Shown here: positions 31,801 through 47,429 of the stretch, in pieces
Layout of the letters: each line of letters opens with the position of its first letter
How positions within the stretch are numbered: position 1 is the first letter of the stretch
DNA from: the human T2T-CHM13v2.0 reference genome, Homo sapiens
Assembly (NCBI RefSeq): GCF_009914755.1
Contig: NC_060939.1
Reading direction: 5' to 3' (one strand)
Length of the DNA stretch: 64,000 nucleotides
Position numbers and translations under genes: made by a program
Notes under the pieces: generated by a model
What the model was told of the DNA's origin: nothing
Seen by the model: only the letters and a program-made list of their open reading frames with translations
The model's database searches: none

Positions 31801-32555
31801 GTCTGCACTGGGGAGAAGAATTTGGCAATTTTATATAAATTAAGCATCCACCTAATCTATGATCCAGAGTTCTATTCCTCTGTATCTACCAAAGATAAAT
31901 AAAGATTTAGGGATGTGAATGCCCTTGAAATGACAAATGGATAAATAAACTATGACACATTCATATAATAGAATACTATTCAACAATAAGAAGAAACAGA
32001 TGATGCATGCATGTGACAATAAGGATGATTCTTCAATGTATTCTGCTAAGTGAAAGAAGAAAGGTCCAAAGGCTATGCATCATGTGATTCAATTTATGTA
32101 ATGCTGGAAAAGGCAAAACTGTCAGAAGGAAAGAAGATCAGTGGTTGTCTTGGATTGGACAAGGGGTTTCATATATAGGAGCAGCAAAGGGGAAATTTGA
32201 GGATGATGGAACAGTTTCATATAAAACTTTGGTGGCTGACACAGTTTTACAGACTCTTTTCATTTGTCAAAGAACAATTTACCATAAAAAATGAATTTCA
32301 TTGACATAAATTTTTAAAAATCAACCAGGATGTGGGGAAAAGATTGAGTCCCCAGACTGTGATGATGAGTTAAACCATATTACAAATGAATTACATAAGC
32401 ACAGTGAGGGCATGAGGAACAAAAGAGCTGACCTAAGTCATTTCAAAAAGCAGTGTTTTAAATGGTTACTGTAAGACTAAAGAAAAAAAGAACATAAACG
32501 AAGACTGCTTTTGTTGGCATATTTGTTTCCCAGAAGGGTTGGATTGAGAATTCTG

Positions 32556-32840
32556 GGCTGGGCACTGTGGCTCATGCCTGAGGTGGGAGGATCGCTTGAG
32601 GCCAGGAGTTCTAGACCAGCTTGGTCAACATAGCAAGCAAGACCTCAACTCTACAAAAAAAATAATAATAATTAACATGGTGTGGTGGCAGTGCCTGCAG
32701 TTCCAGCTACTTGGAAGGCTGAGGCTGCAGGATCACTTGAGCTCAGGAGTTCTAAGCTGCAGGGAGCTATGACTGAGCCACTGCACTCTAACCTGGGTGA
32801 CCGAGCAAGATCCTGTCTGTAAAAAAATAAATAAATAAAA
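32556..32840 (+). mobile_element. AluJ with left-arm deletion
   Basis: GGAGGATCGCTTGAGGCCAGGAG and GGATCACTTGAGCTCAGGAG (J diagnostics); lacks TAATCCCAGCACTTTGGGAGGC; TSD AGAATTCTG. Confidence 0.92.
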
Positions 32841-33139
32841 AGAATTCTGAAACCACTTTATTTGTATAGTAGTGTTGAATAAATAAGTAAATATATTTGA
32901 AACAATGGAAGCCAGGTTCTCCTTATTGTAAGAAGTTACAATAAGGAAAGAGATAAGTCTAAAATGGATTAAGTGATGCTGCATTGAAGTTTGAGAATCA
33001 ATATGAACGCATGAGTGTGCATGTATGTGTGTGTGTGAATATATGAAAGTAGATGCAGAAGTAAATGTAGATGTATGTATACATGAGTTAGCATATATAT
33101 CTCCGAGCCCTATCCACTGATAGGAACTAGATGCTCTGA

Positions 33140-33477
<338 letters not shown>

Positions 33478-33730
33478 CAGCTCGTGGTTTTTAATTACCA
33501 TTCTCCAACAAAAGGAAAACATGGTTCTTTGCAGGTGTGGTTAATTCCAGGCCTGTGGCAGGGAAGCTTCACAAAGATTCTGTAACATCTTGTAGTGCCA
33601 GTAGGAAGGAAGTGCTAAAATAAAACAAAACAAATTAAGCCAGCAAAGGAAAAGCAAAATGGTTTGAGGGAGTGTCAAAAGAGCACAGGAGTAAACCTAA
33701 AAGGGCTCTAAGCCTAAAGAACAATGACCT

Positions 33731-34107
33731 TGCAGTCATGGAAAAGAATGAGATCATGCCCTTTGCAGGGACATGGATGAAGCTGGAAGCCATCATCCTC
33801 AGCAAACTAACACAGGAACAGAAAACCAAACAGCACATGTTCTCACTCATAAGTGGGAGTTGAACAATGAGAACACATGGACACAGGGAGGGGAACATCA
33901 CACACCCGGCGCCTGTCAGTGGGTGGGGGCAAGGAGAGGGAGAGCATTACAACAAATACGTAATGCATGCGGGGCTAAAACCTAGATGACGGGTTGATGG
34001 TTCAGCAAACCACCATGGCACATATATACCTATGTAACAAACCTGCACATTCTGCACATGAATCCTCGAACTTAAAAGTAAAATTTAAAAAATAAATAAA
34101 TAAATAA
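33731..34107 (+). mobile_element. 5'-truncated L1PA (PA7/PA8-like) 3' end
   Basis: GGACATGGATGAAGCTGGAAGCCATCATCCTCAGCAAACTAACACAGGAACAGAAAACC...TGTAACAAACCTGCAC; TSD AAGA(A/G)CAATGACC. Confidence 0.93.
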
Positions 34108-34409
34108 GAGCAATGACCAAAGCATTCCCCATGAACAACTTGGACTAAAATGTAATGATCGTGTTGGAATATAATCCAAAGAATAAAATAAATGCCCAGG
34201 AATCCATCCAATGTAAATGGATAACTGAATACATAAATTAATAAAGAAGTGATCATTTTCCCTTTACATAAAAATTCCAGTCAGTAAGCGCAGAAGAAAT
34301 TGGGGATATTCTAAAAACACCATTAGAACACTACAGGTACAGTTGTCATAGGCAAGATACATTGGTGAATTTTAAGTAGTGGGCAAATTTTAAGCAGACA
34401 GTATTTACA

Positions 34410-34965
34410 ATATTCACAATAGCCAAGACATGGAATCAACCTAAGTGTTCATCAATGGATGAATGAATAAAGAAAAGGTGGTATATGTACACGATGGAAC
34501 ACTGTTTGGCCTGATAAATAAATCCTGTCATTTGTGACAACATGAATAAACCTAGGTGATATTATACAAAGTGAAATAAGTCAGATACAGAAAGACAAAT
34601 ACTGCATGATCTCACTTATACATGAAATCTAAAAAGTTGAATTCATAGAAGCAGAGAGTAGAATAGTGGTTATCAGAGGCTGGCGTGTGGGTAGAACTGA
34701 GAAAATGTTGGTCAAAGGTATAAAATTTCAGTTAGATGGGAGGAATAAGTTTAAGAGATCGCTTGTACTTTATTGTGACTACAGTTAATAACAGTATATA
34801 ATATGCTTGAAAATTGCTGAGAGTAGATTTTAAGTGTGCTAATCATAAAAATATGAGGTAATATATATTAGTTAGCTTGATTTTTTAGCCATTTCACAAT
34901 ATCTACGTATATCAAAATGTTTTATAAATGATAAATATATATAATTTTTGTTCCTCAATTATAAA
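34410..34965 (+). mobile_element. L1MA 3' end
   Basis: TTCACAATAGCCAAGACATGGAATCAACCTAAGTG; GAAGCAGAGAGTAGAATAGTGGTT; AAATTGCTGAGAGTAGATTTTAA. Confidence 0.88.
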
Positions 34966-34979
34966 CAGAGATAAAAAAG

Positions 34980-36765
34980 TAAAATCATTATAACAGAAAC
35001 ACAGAATACCTTTGATGGACTCATCAGTAGACTAAGCACAGCCAAGGAAAGAATCAATGAGTTTTAAGAAATGTAATAGAAACTTTCAAGACTGAAATGC
35101 ATAGCGAAAAAGCAATTAAAACAATGGAACAAATTATCCAAGAACTATGGGACAATTGCAAAAGATGTAACATATACATAATGGTAATATGAGAAGGAGA
35201 AATAAGAGATATGGGAACAGAGAAAATTTTTGAGACAATAATGGCTGAGAATTCCCCAAATTAATGTCAGACACCAAGCCACAAATCCAGGAAGCTCAGG
35301 GAATGCCAAGTAGAATATATGCTGAGAAATCTACATGTAAGCATGTCATACCCAAGCTGCAGAAATTAAAAGACAAGGGGGAAGTATTGAAAGAAGTCAG
35401 AGGGTAAAAACCACCTTATCTATTGGGAAGCAAGGATAAAAATTACATCTGACTTTAGAAACCATGCAAGCAAGAAAACAGTGGAGTGAAATATTTAAGG
35501 TGCTTATAGGAATAACGAAAAAGCCTAGGATTCCACACTCAGAGTAATTATCTTTCAAAAGTTACAGAGAAATAAATAACTTTTATAGCCAAACAAAAAT
35601 GAGGGAGTTTGCCTAGCAGGATATGTTTAAAAAGTTGTTCAGAGAGAAGGAAAATGACATAGGTTAAAAACTTTAATCTATATAAAGAAAGGAAGAGTAT
35701 TAGGGAAGGAATAAATAAAGATGAAATGAAGCCTTTCATTTTTCTTTTTCTTAATGGATCTAACAGATAATAGTTTGTTCAAAGTAATAATAGTAAACAG
35801 TGAATTGTGTGGATGTAGCACAGAGATAAATGAAATGAATGACAGCAATTTTATAATGAGTAGGAAGGAGAAACTGTAAACACTCTATTTTAAAACCTTT
35901 AAAATGATTTAGCATATTTGGAGACGAACTTGGATTGTTGTAAATGTATGCTGCAAACTCTAGGGCAATCGCTGAAAAACATTTTAAAAGAGTAAAAATT
36001 GAGTCAGACAAAATGCTCAACTAAAACCAGATGAGGCAGAAAAAGAATGGGAGACAAAAAAAAAAAAAAAAAAAAGAAAGAAGCAGAAACAAAGATATTT
36101 AATAGAAAACAGTAAGAAACTTGTTAGATATTAATCCAATTATATCAGTAATCCCTTTAAATGTCAATGGTCTAAATACATCAATTAAAATAGTGTCCGA
36201 GTGAAGAAGAAAATAAGACGCAACTATATGTTGTCTACCAGAAACTCATTTTAACTATAAAAACACATATAGATAAAAGTAATAGAGTAGAGAAACATAT
36301 GCATGCTAACGCTAATTAAAAGAAAACTGTGGTAGCTATATTAATTTCAGAAGGAACAGACTTCAGAGCAAGGAAAATAATCAGGGATAAAAATGTACAT
36401 CACATCATGATAAAGGGGTTCCATCACCCAAACATCACAATTCTTAGTGTATGTGCACCTAAAAAGTGTCAAAATACATGAGGCAAAATATTATTAAATT
36501 TTGAGGACAAATAGATGGGTCTATTCTTATAGGTGGAGACTTAAATATTCTTCTATCAGTAATTGACAGACCCAGCAGGGAGGAAATCCATAAGAACATG
36601 GTTGAACTGAACAACACCATCAATCAACTGGATCTAATTGACACTTATAGAATACTTCATTCAACAACAGCAGAATACACAGTCTCCTCAATTTTACATG
36701 CTTACATTCATGAAATAGATCACATTCTGGACTATAAAACATACCTTGACAAATTTAAAAGAGTA
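34980..36765 (+). mobile_element. Old L1M ORF1 to start of ORF2, degenerate
   Basis: TTTGATGGACTCATCAGTAGACT, ATAATGGCTGAGAATTCCCCAAATT, AATGTCAATGGTCTAAATAC, CAACAACAGCAGAATACAC. Confidence 0.85.
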
Positions 36766-37271
36766 AATGAAAACAAAGTGATACAATAACTATATTAGCT
36801 TTTCACAGCACTCAATTAATTAGTGGATGCAGGCACTGGGTATCATTAGTTGGTGACATCAAAACAGTGAAAACCAGCCACAATGTGAAAGGCCACAACA
36901 TAAACAGTGAACTTTCAAAAGGACTGACCCTGAGTTTGACTGAGCCTCTGGATCCCACTGTTATTTGGTAGAAAATAGGGCAGGGATACATGCTGAGCTA
37001 CATAACCAGTTTGAAATCCACGCATTAGAAGACTCTACAGGTAAAAGAGCCCAGACTCAACAGACAAATTGTATATTAAAAAAAGAAAAGGATGGAGGAG
37101 TAATCTCAAGATTGACTGAAAGATAAGTATATACCATAGCAAGCTGGCAAAATAGACATAACTGTACTATAGTGACTACTATCCTCACTTGGTAAGATTA
37201 TGAAGAAAGGCAAGGAAATGTCTGTTACAAAAATCAATATAACATAGTTACATTTACAGGAAGCAATGTAA

Positions 37272-37626
<355 letters not shown>

Positions 37627-39788
37627 AAAGTTCTGTTTCTTGACCTGGGTAGTTGTGACAAAGACATTTGCCTTATAATCATAATTAACTAATCTCTACA
37701 TTTGTTTGGGTCTGGTTTTCTGTTTCATCTTAAAACAAAAAGATAAATAATAAATAATGCATACATAAATCCAAGGAAAAAAGTTAATGGGGCATGTGTT
37801 CTGGAAATCGAGGGAAGAAAACACATATGGAGCGGAGAGCAGAGTCTCCTGTCTCTGTGTTTTTCTGCACAAATCACACCCCACCCCACCCACCACCCAG
37901 TGGCCATCAGCAGGGATAGTCCCTCACAATAAGTTTCTCTAGCTTCCAGCTTGTTCAACTGTAGAGGGAGCAATGGTCAGATCCTACATGTTCTGTCCCT
38001 TGTTGAGTGTGTTTTGGGGTCTTTGTGCCTTGTGATATTCTGAATTCTCTCTCTATAATGCTGAATTAATTTTTTTCTCTATTTTTAGCATCTTATTGTT
38101 TGCCTATAAGAATTGCCAAGTCATTCAATCTTAAAACCATCAAGTTATTACATCTGAAGATTTCTGAGTCAATCTGAGAAGCATCATTATCTTATCCTTA
38201 TTCTGTGCTCACTGTGCAAATGCTCGGCTATACCGATTATTGCCTAAGCAGTATCCATTATCTTTAAAAAGGACAAACAAAAATTAATCTCAATTTGGAA
38301 TTTCAACTGTTCTGATAGATGCTATTTCTTCAATGAGCTGGAACTGTAGAATCGAATCCTCTAAGGAAGCCTCAGGTACATGAGTCTCGCAGCTGCAGAT
38401 ACAACCCTCTTCATTCATGGTCAAACAAGTTAAGGCTGGCTCTAGAAATGAACATTCCTTTGCACAATTGCTAGAGGTTCACATTTATGTTTTCTGTGTA
38501 TTGATCACTAAAATAGAAAATCGGTGCCATCATATCAGAGAATCACTAAGTCATGGGTTTTGAATATCTACAGAATCATGGAATCTGAGATCTGCTGAGT
38601 CATGATATTTGAAAATTACGTTTGCACACAAGCCTTGATTTGCATTTTCAGGATATTAAAATCAAAACTGCAGAATCCCATAGTCATTCTCTTTGAAAAC
38701 TTCAGCTTTGATTCAAACATTCTGCAGCTGCCAATTCATAAATTCTGAGAAATTAAGAGTCAGATTGAGATTGTACAATAGCAGACACATATTCCATTAC
38801 TAAAGGAAGTCCCTGGAGGGACTAAGATATTCAAAGTGGTGAGAGAAAGAAATACTAATAATTTGTTCTATGTTAGCTACATATCACTACTTCATATAGG
38901 TCCTCCACTGTATGTGGTATTATCCCCATGTTAGAACTGAGGAAACCAAAGTTGAGGATGATTTGATATCAAGTAAGTTCATAGGTTCCAGAGCTAGGAC
39001 TTCAACTGCACATCTATCAGAAGCCTTGATTGACAATCATGAAATCATGGAGAGAGTGAGAGGATCATGGAAAAGTCAGCCTCTGTCTGGCCAGGGTCCC
39101 ATCCCAGCTGCCTGCAAAGTCTTCTAATCACTTGTACCCATGCTCCATTCAGGCAGAATAACAAGACCAGACCTTCAGCTAGCTCATAGGGTTTGCAAAT
39201 GATTTTTGCTGATTTATTTGATGACTAAAGTACCCACACATCCTTACTCTTCCCCTGCTTGAATTCTGGGGCTATTCTGGGAGAGGGTCTAGGAGTGGAT
39301 CCCAAATTTGTGGGTATGCAAGTTACAATCATCTGCTGATCTTCAGAAACTCCCCAAACCCTGGCCACATCCAGACAAGTTAAACCACAATCTCTGGGGA
39401 ATGGAACTCCAACATAGGCATTTTTTAAGCCCTTCAGATGATTGCAATGGGAAGAAAAGTTTGAGAACAATGGGCTTATCCTGTTATTCCTGAAAAGCAG
39501 TGATTTCATATATGAATCACGTAAGGGAGGTTTTTAAAAAGCACTGAATCCCAGGCCCAGAACAATGGGGTTAGAATCTCTAGGAGGCTGGGCATGGGTG
39601 ATTAACAAAAGCTCCTCATGCTGATCGGTGAAATTTCTGGAAGGTCAAGGCAGGAGCTCCTTGAATGGTTTAATCCTTTCCATATGGAACTCTGCAAACT
39701 AGGTTTCAGGGCTTTCCTCCCTGTTAGTCAAAAAATCATCTGCTTTTGCTTAACTAGTGAGGGTTGGGTTTCTGTCACTTGCAAGTTC

Positions 39789-39902
39789 TGGAATTGACCA
39801 AGCATCCTGGTTTGCCCGGTACTCTCCTGGTTTCAGCTCTACAAATCCCACATACCAGGAAACCCTTCGGTCCCAGACACATCTGGATGGTTTGTCACTC
39901 TA
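39789..39902. mobile_element. MER81-like hAT MITE
   Basis: TGACCAAGCATCCTGGTTTGCCCGG...GGAAACCCTTCGGTCCCAG...GGATGGTTTGTCACTCTA. Confidence 0.7.
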
Positions 39903-40253
39903 CTTGTAATCAAAGTATTATGGTTATTTTCTTACTAGATTTATTGAGATGTCCTCTCTTTATCCTTCTAACCAGTGCTCATAAAACAACCACTACCAAG
40001 ATTAACTACCTGGAACCCTGAGTACATGCCCCACATATATCCTGAGATGTCATCCCACCCATCACAGGCTCCCATTCTCCCTACACAACTCCTTCTTCAC
40101 TCCTGATCCTTACACAACACAACCCCTGCACCCTAATTCACTGACATTCCTAAGTCAGAACCACACTCTCAACTTTACCTCCACAAGCCATGTGAGGGGG
40201 TACATGGCTACCCCACCATGTGTGGCTCATAGCCATTGAAAACTGAAGCATGA

Positions 40254-40576
<323 letters not shown>

Positions 40577-42068
40577 TAGCTATATGTTCTTATGCTTGAC
40601 TGTGTCTTCTTGATCAAAGCTGGAGTCCACCTTCTAGAAAGTTAAGAAATCAAAGCAATGATTCATTGGGGCTTGCTTGCTTCATGGAACAGATTTTCTC
40701 ACCCCACCTCACGTAAGTGGGAATATATTTTAAGGATTCATTTAAGAAAATGGAAAACAGGAATCTTAACCATGGGGTAGGTCTTCACAAGAACTCAGAG
40801 AAAACTGAACAACCAAGCTTCACTTCCAGGTCAGGAAGACCAGGCCGGCCACCAGGGAGACTTGAGTGGGATGGCATCCTGAGTGTTAATGCTGGAGACT
40901 GACATCCTCAGCAGTGGGAGTCCCAGGACCTCCACTCCAGGGTTCCGCTGGCAGATCACTCAGCTCTATGCTGTCTGTCCATTCCTCCCTGTGCGGAGCC
41001 ACCTTCTGTTTGCCTACCAAGGAGCTCATTGCTACCAAACTTCTCACTTCAAATTCCAGACAGGTAGAACCTACCTTGCTCAACTGATATCCCTAACCCT
41101 GCCAGGGAAAATCTTTCCATTCCAGACCACACCTTAGACCCCTGTTAGTGTGGTTACCTTCAGCCCATCACCAGACTCTAGTCCATCAGCTATGAACTGG
41201 GAGTGGGGGTCATGACATGAGTACCTAAGGCTGTCCTCTTAGAAAGGTCTATATGGGCACAACCATGGGAAACCCTGTAATGGGCATGCCTAATAAGATA
41301 AAATCTTAGCACTGGATGAGTCCATGTGGATAACAGAATGCAACTCTAGCCTTTTAGGGATGAAGATAAGGTGCTATATATTGAAAAGAGTCAAAAATAT
41401 TTGACCTTGGACCTCAGCTTCTTTTTACCAGTAGACCTTGTGCAATTTACATCACCTCTCTTGATCCTATCTGTAAAATTTCAGATGAGAATGCTTGCCT
41501 ATTGTGTTTGTCATGAAGATTAATTTTTATAGTCTCCATAAGCACCTGGCATACAATAGGGCCTTCATAACTACTAGTTTCCAGTGTGGACTTAGGCACT
41601 TCATTCCCCTGTCTCTTTGTCCTCAGCCATCACGATGCATCATGACACAGCACAACAAGGGCTCTTCAATCAACTCTCAGTTCTACTTTGGATGGAACGC
41701 AAGCTGGTTGGATGTGGGCACCCAGCAGCCCTCCATCAATCTCCAGTCTCTTGTGTAATCCAAGCACATGATTTGAGATCCTCTACTTTAACCCCAGATC
41801 ATCAATCTCAGGGCTAATGGAATATAGAAAAACGCTTTTCCCTGGAAGATTACTAAAAGGTCACAGTCTTGTTTTCCCCTGATAGATTTTCTGTCATATT
41901 ACATAGTAATGTTCCACTGGGTGGCAAGATTACTGTCGTCCTGAGAATAATGGTCATCTCTGTAGCTGTATTATCCAACTCTCCAACTGGGCTGTGAATT
42001 TCTCCACAGATGACTTTTAGTCACTAGCATCCAATTTATAACTGGTTTTGTTTTCTAAAATTACAGAT

Positions 42069-42374
<306 letters not shown>

Positions 42375-42429
42375 TTAACTAGACTATATGCCCCAGTTTA
42401 TGGCACACTTACCATCAGTCTGTACAAAG

Positions 42430-42568
42430 TTCCCTTTTTTCTTTCTTTTCTTCCCTCCTTTCTTTCCCTCCCTCCCTTCCTTCCTTCCTCCCTCCCTTCT
42501 CCTCCTCCTATTTCTTGCTCTCTCTTTTCTTTCTCTCCTTCCATCCTTTCCTTCCTTCTTTTCTTTCT
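42430..42568. repeat. CT-rich polypyrimidine low-complexity tract
   Basis: About 140 bp, almost exclusively C/T on the plus strand. Confidence 0.9.
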
Positions 42569-44147
42569 GTTAGTTATTTAATCCATCATTCCTTTTCCCA
42601 TTCCACTCCCTACCCTGACCTTCACAATGTACATACATTCTATCTAAAGAGAATCTTTTCAAACCATTTTTATATATTCATGTAAATATATGTAGGATAT
42701 AGAGTAGTTGTGTGTTCATGTGATTAATGTAAATAATGCTTTGTTCATTAGTCACACATATGTGGATATATATAAATCTAATTCCTTACATGGACCACTG
42801 TTGAGATCTAAACAGTGCAACACACATCCTTATCCATTTCTGTAAGGAAGGCTTTCAGATTAACCCCAGCTCTTTGCTCTCATAACCAAGGCTGAATGCA
42901 TAATTTTGTAGAGGTCTCTCTGTGCTTACCACTGAGATTTTCTTTGTGGGATACATCCTGGAGAAGAATTCCCAGGTTAGGTGGCATACACATACATAAT
43001 TTTTAATGATTGCCCTCCAGAATGGCTTCACTGGTTTTCAATTTCCAAAGTAAACAAAGGTTTCCATTTCTCCACATCCTCACTAGGATTTAACATGATC
43101 AAATTTTCTAATTTTGCCACTCTGATGTCAGTACGGCAATATGATGTTAGGAGTTGCATGTCTCAGATGGTGAGGTTAAGCATACATGCATCGGTTGGCA
43201 GGTATTCTGTCTGGTTTTCCACCTGAAGAGCTTTCTCATGTCCATGGTCCATTCTTTTTCTATTGGATGGTTGCCTTTTCCATACTGATTTGCAGAAGTA
43301 CTTTGTGTGTTTTAGGCACTTAAAATAGTAGACCTCCATCTGTTATCTGTATGTTAACTTTACCTTGGCTACACAGAAATAAATTCTGAGTGAGTGATGT
43401 CCATCAATCCTTCCTTTCCGTGTGTGTGATTCTTGGATCTTGTTAAGGAGGATTTATCCAGCTGAGTTCACAAAGGAATTCTGCATCTTCACCCGTTAGT
43501 TTAGCAGATTTACTTTCTTTATAGAATTTTAACTTTTTCAATACTATTTTTGTTCACATGTAAGGTAGGAATCCAGTTTCATTTCACTCAGTGGGCACTC
43601 AGTCTGTTTATGCAACACCATTTATGCAGTAATAAACAAATTCTTGTGAATGGTAATGCAACCACCATCATACACTGTATCCCTGAATATATGGGTGGCT
43701 GTGCCTGCACTGCCCAGGCTATTCTATTACTCCTGTTCTAGTAGCACATTATTTTTTATTACAATAGTTTTGTACTATGTGTTATTTTAAGGTAGGATAA
43801 CTGTCCAAACTTGTGCTTTATTTTCAGAATTTGTTTAGTAATTTACAAACTTCTAGAGCCATTGTTTCAATTTTCCTTAAAGAAGATTACTATAAAAATG
43901 AAGCCTGGTTATTAAAAGGAAGATTATTATGCAGAGTGCTATCTGGCAAAGTTATACCCAAAAATTAAAATGCAAATAAGTGGAATATCAATGAAAGGAA
44001 TTGACATAAATGTACTAGATTTTTTTAATTATAAGAAACTTCTTTTAAACATGACAGATTAAGCCTATATTTAAAATTTCACTGAAATCAGAATAAAGAG
44101 AAAAAGTAAAGCATCAGTGGAAAAGGACAGAGCAAATAAGATGATAT

Positions 44148-44221
44148 GAGATGTTACAAACTTTTAAAAGTGAGAAGCTCCATTAGTTTACTTTCACACT
44201 TTTAAAAGTTTGTAACATCTC
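44148..44221. repeat. Perfect 25-bp inverted repeat with 24-nt spacer
   Basis: GAGATGTTACAAACTTTTAAAAGTG (44148-44172) / CACTTTTAAAAGTTTGTAACATCTC (44197-44221). Confidence 0.97.
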
Positions 44222-45211
44222 TTAATGTTACAAACTAAGTCCACGGAAAGCTAAGTGCCTGTGGGGAGTGAGGCCAAGGAATAAAGCAGGATGCTTTTAA
44301 AAAGCACGCAGAAAAAAATTCTTGGAAATAAAAAAGTGTGATGGGAAAAACAAAATATTTGATTGAAGGGCCAGAGGATAGAGTGGAATTGTTCTCTCAG
44401 AAAGTTAAAGCAAAACAACAAATGAAGTATAAGGGAAAAGAATACCTCTGGAAGGGCCAATATCCAAATAATTACACTTCTGAAAGGCAAGGACAGATAA
44501 AAAGGAAGAAAAATGACAATGAAATAATACTAGAAAGTTTCTCAGATTCTCAGGGCATAAGCCTCCAGATTGAAAGGTCCCACTGCACACAGTGTAAGAT
44601 GTGGAATCGCGTGAAACTAACCACTGTGGTATTTTGGAATATCAGGGGAAGAGGCAACATTATGGATTTTAAAAAGACGAATAAAAAAGGTGACTCGTGG
44701 AAATGACCTCAGACAATAAACAATGCCTTGACCTTCCTACTAAAGAAAAGATATATCCAATCCAGACTTCTGTATAACAGTCAGTCAATCTCATATGGGG
44801 ACACAGTGAAGATGCTTTCAGCTAGGCCTCAAAGCGTGTGATTGCCAATTCTTGTGCACGCTTCCTTAAAAGTATTTGCTATACTAAAATGTGGCAGTAA
44901 TAGAAGAAAGAGGTAAGTATGGGACCAAAAAAATTTCAGAAAACAATCAAAGAAGAATCCCCAGATGATGAAAAGAGAAAACTCTAGGATGACAGTTGGA
45001 TGTTTCAACCACAAGAGCACAAGTAAACCAGATTAAGAATTCCATTTGAAGAGTATCTGGGAAAAAAATGGGATATTATTAATGGCTTGGAAGTACTCTC
45101 CTCTTAGAGAGTGAAGTATTTATTTTATATACATTTGAAAAACAATTTGATTTAAACATTTTTGACAACAATTTTATGAACAGCTATAGAGGACTAAATA
45201 TAAAATTCTTA

Positions 45212-45476
45212 ATGGATACAAAGATACAGTTAGATAGATGAAATAAGTTCCAGCATTTGACAATACAGTAGAAAAATTATAGTTAACAATAATTTATTAC
45301 ATATTTCAAAATAACTGAAAGATTTATAATACTCCCAACATGCACAAAAAAGATAAATGGTTGGGGTAATGGATGTCCCGATTGCCCTGATTTGATCATT
45401 ACACATTGTATACAGGTACAAAATGTCACATGTACCTCAAAATATGTCCAACTATTATACACCAAGTTAAAAAAAC
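45212..45476 (+). mobile_element. L1MA 3' end nested in older L1
   Basis: ACAGTTAGATAGATGAAATAAGTTC; CCCTGATTTGATCATTACACATTGTATAC. Confidence 0.85.
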
Positions 45477-46337
45477 TAGATGAAGTAAAAAATTTTATGA
45501 AAAAGCTTAAAGTAACAAATTTGGTACCAAAAGAAAGAAAAATGTTACAAAGGCCAATAGCAAATAAAAATATTTAAATGGTGATCAAATTTTCTCCTTG
45601 CCCAGAAGCTGCCAACCCAGACAATATTACATGGGTAAATTCTACCAAACTGTCAAAGAATGTGTAACCCATATTTTAAATAATCTGTTATGGAAAACAG
45701 AACTTGAAGATGAGCTTCCAAACTCATTTAATGAAGTCAGTTCATAACCTTGCTACCAAAACAGAGCAAGTAAATTACAAGCAAAGAAAATGACAGACCG
45801 ATTTCATGGGTGAACATACACTCAGAATCAGAAATGGAATAATGGAGTAGGCTAATTAAACCCGAGTGTATTTTTAAATTAATGAAACAAAATGATTGTG
45901 AAGCATTTATACCAGGAAAGCAAGAATGCCATCAGAAATGATTCAACATCATATTATTTTATTATCAGAAAAATCTACCAGTGTAATTTTTTTACGAGTG
46001 CAGATAAAGAAGAAACTTACATGGTTTTTTTCTCAATGCATTCTTACAAACATCTTTACAGTTAAATGCTATTTGCATTGGAAACCCATAGAAAAAGAGA
46101 CTCAATAGACAAGCTGTAAGAACAACAAAGAGAATCTGGAGACATTTCCAGATCCAAGACCAGCATATAAAAATGAATGGTATCCCTTGAAACCAGTAAT
46201 AACTGTTAAGAAAATGTAATAGACAGTAAGACTCAATTTACAATAGAAACAAAATCTCTAAAATATTTAGTAAAATCCAACAAAGAAATTCATGCAATCT
46301 GTATGGAAAAGAAAATCACACTATTAAATAACTGCTC

Positions 46338-47108
46338 TTTTTTCATTAAACTTTAAAAATGTTGGCATAATTTTAGATTCATATGTAATTGTAAGAAAGA
46401 ATATGGAGATATGTTGTGTAGCCTTTGCCTAGTTTCTCCCAATGGTAACATCTCAAAAGTATATATTACCCCAATTTTACATGCATGTACTCATTTGTGT
46501 GTGTGTGTTTTGTTCTGTGCAATTTTATCACATGCATAAGTTATGCATCCTCCACCACAGTCAAGATACAGGACAGTTCCATCACTACAAGGCTCCCCCA
46601 TACTGTCCTTTTACAGCCACACCCACCTGTCCACCCCCAACCTCCATCCCTTGCCCTTGGCACCTGCTAATCTGTTCTCTATTTCTATAATTTTGCCATC
46701 TAAAGGATAAAATGTAAATGGAATTATACACTATGTACTCTTTTAGGATTGTTTTTTCTTAAACTCAGCATAATTCCCTTAAGATCTGTCCAAGCTGTTT
46801 TGTGTTTATCAATGTCATTCTTTTTCATTGCTAAGTAGTCATCCACTGTAGTGATATATCGCAGTTATATTTAACCATTTTCCCATTGATGGATGTTTGG
46901 GTTGTTTCCAGTTTGGGGCTATTAAAAGTAAAGTAACTATGAACATGTGTCTACAGGTTTTTGTGTGAACATGAGTTTTCATTTATCTGGGATAGATGCC
47001 CAGGAGTGCAAGTGCTGTGTCTGTACTAATCATACATTTACTTTTATAAGAAATTGCCAAACTATTTTCTAGAGTACCTATGCCATTTTACATTACCACC
47101 AGCAATAA
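46338..47108 (-). mobile_element. L1MC-type 3' end
   Basis: CAGTCAAGATACAGGACAGTTCCATCAC; GGTTGTTTCCAGTTTGGGGCTATT; AAGAAATTGCCAAACTATTTTC. Confidence 0.85.
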
Positions 47109-47429
47109 GGGCTAGTTTTTAATATAACAGCACAATTAAGGGTATGTTAATAAACCTGCAAACATTATGAAAGGGTACAAAGGTAAAAGTGCCTCTTACC
47201 TCATTTCCAATCACTACAATTAATGACTGCCAACAGTTATTTAATTGGCTTTTAGAACTGTTTTACCCAAATGAGATAATATTCTATGTTTCATAAACTT
47301 TGTTAATATGTAGTTTTTTGTGTGTATTCACTTATCTGTGTGTACATATTTATGTCCCTCTTTTAAGGTTACAAAGCATTCTAGTTCATGGGTATGCCAT
47401 CCTTTATCCACTTGTCTCTTCATGATGGG

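Noticed and set aside
33672-36789. ORFs with L1 ORF2 similarity (EIMPFAGTWMKLEAIILSKLTQEQK; LNNTINQLDLIDTYRILH)
   Set aside because: Short remnants of truncated, stop-riddled L1 copies; no intact ORF1 or ORF2
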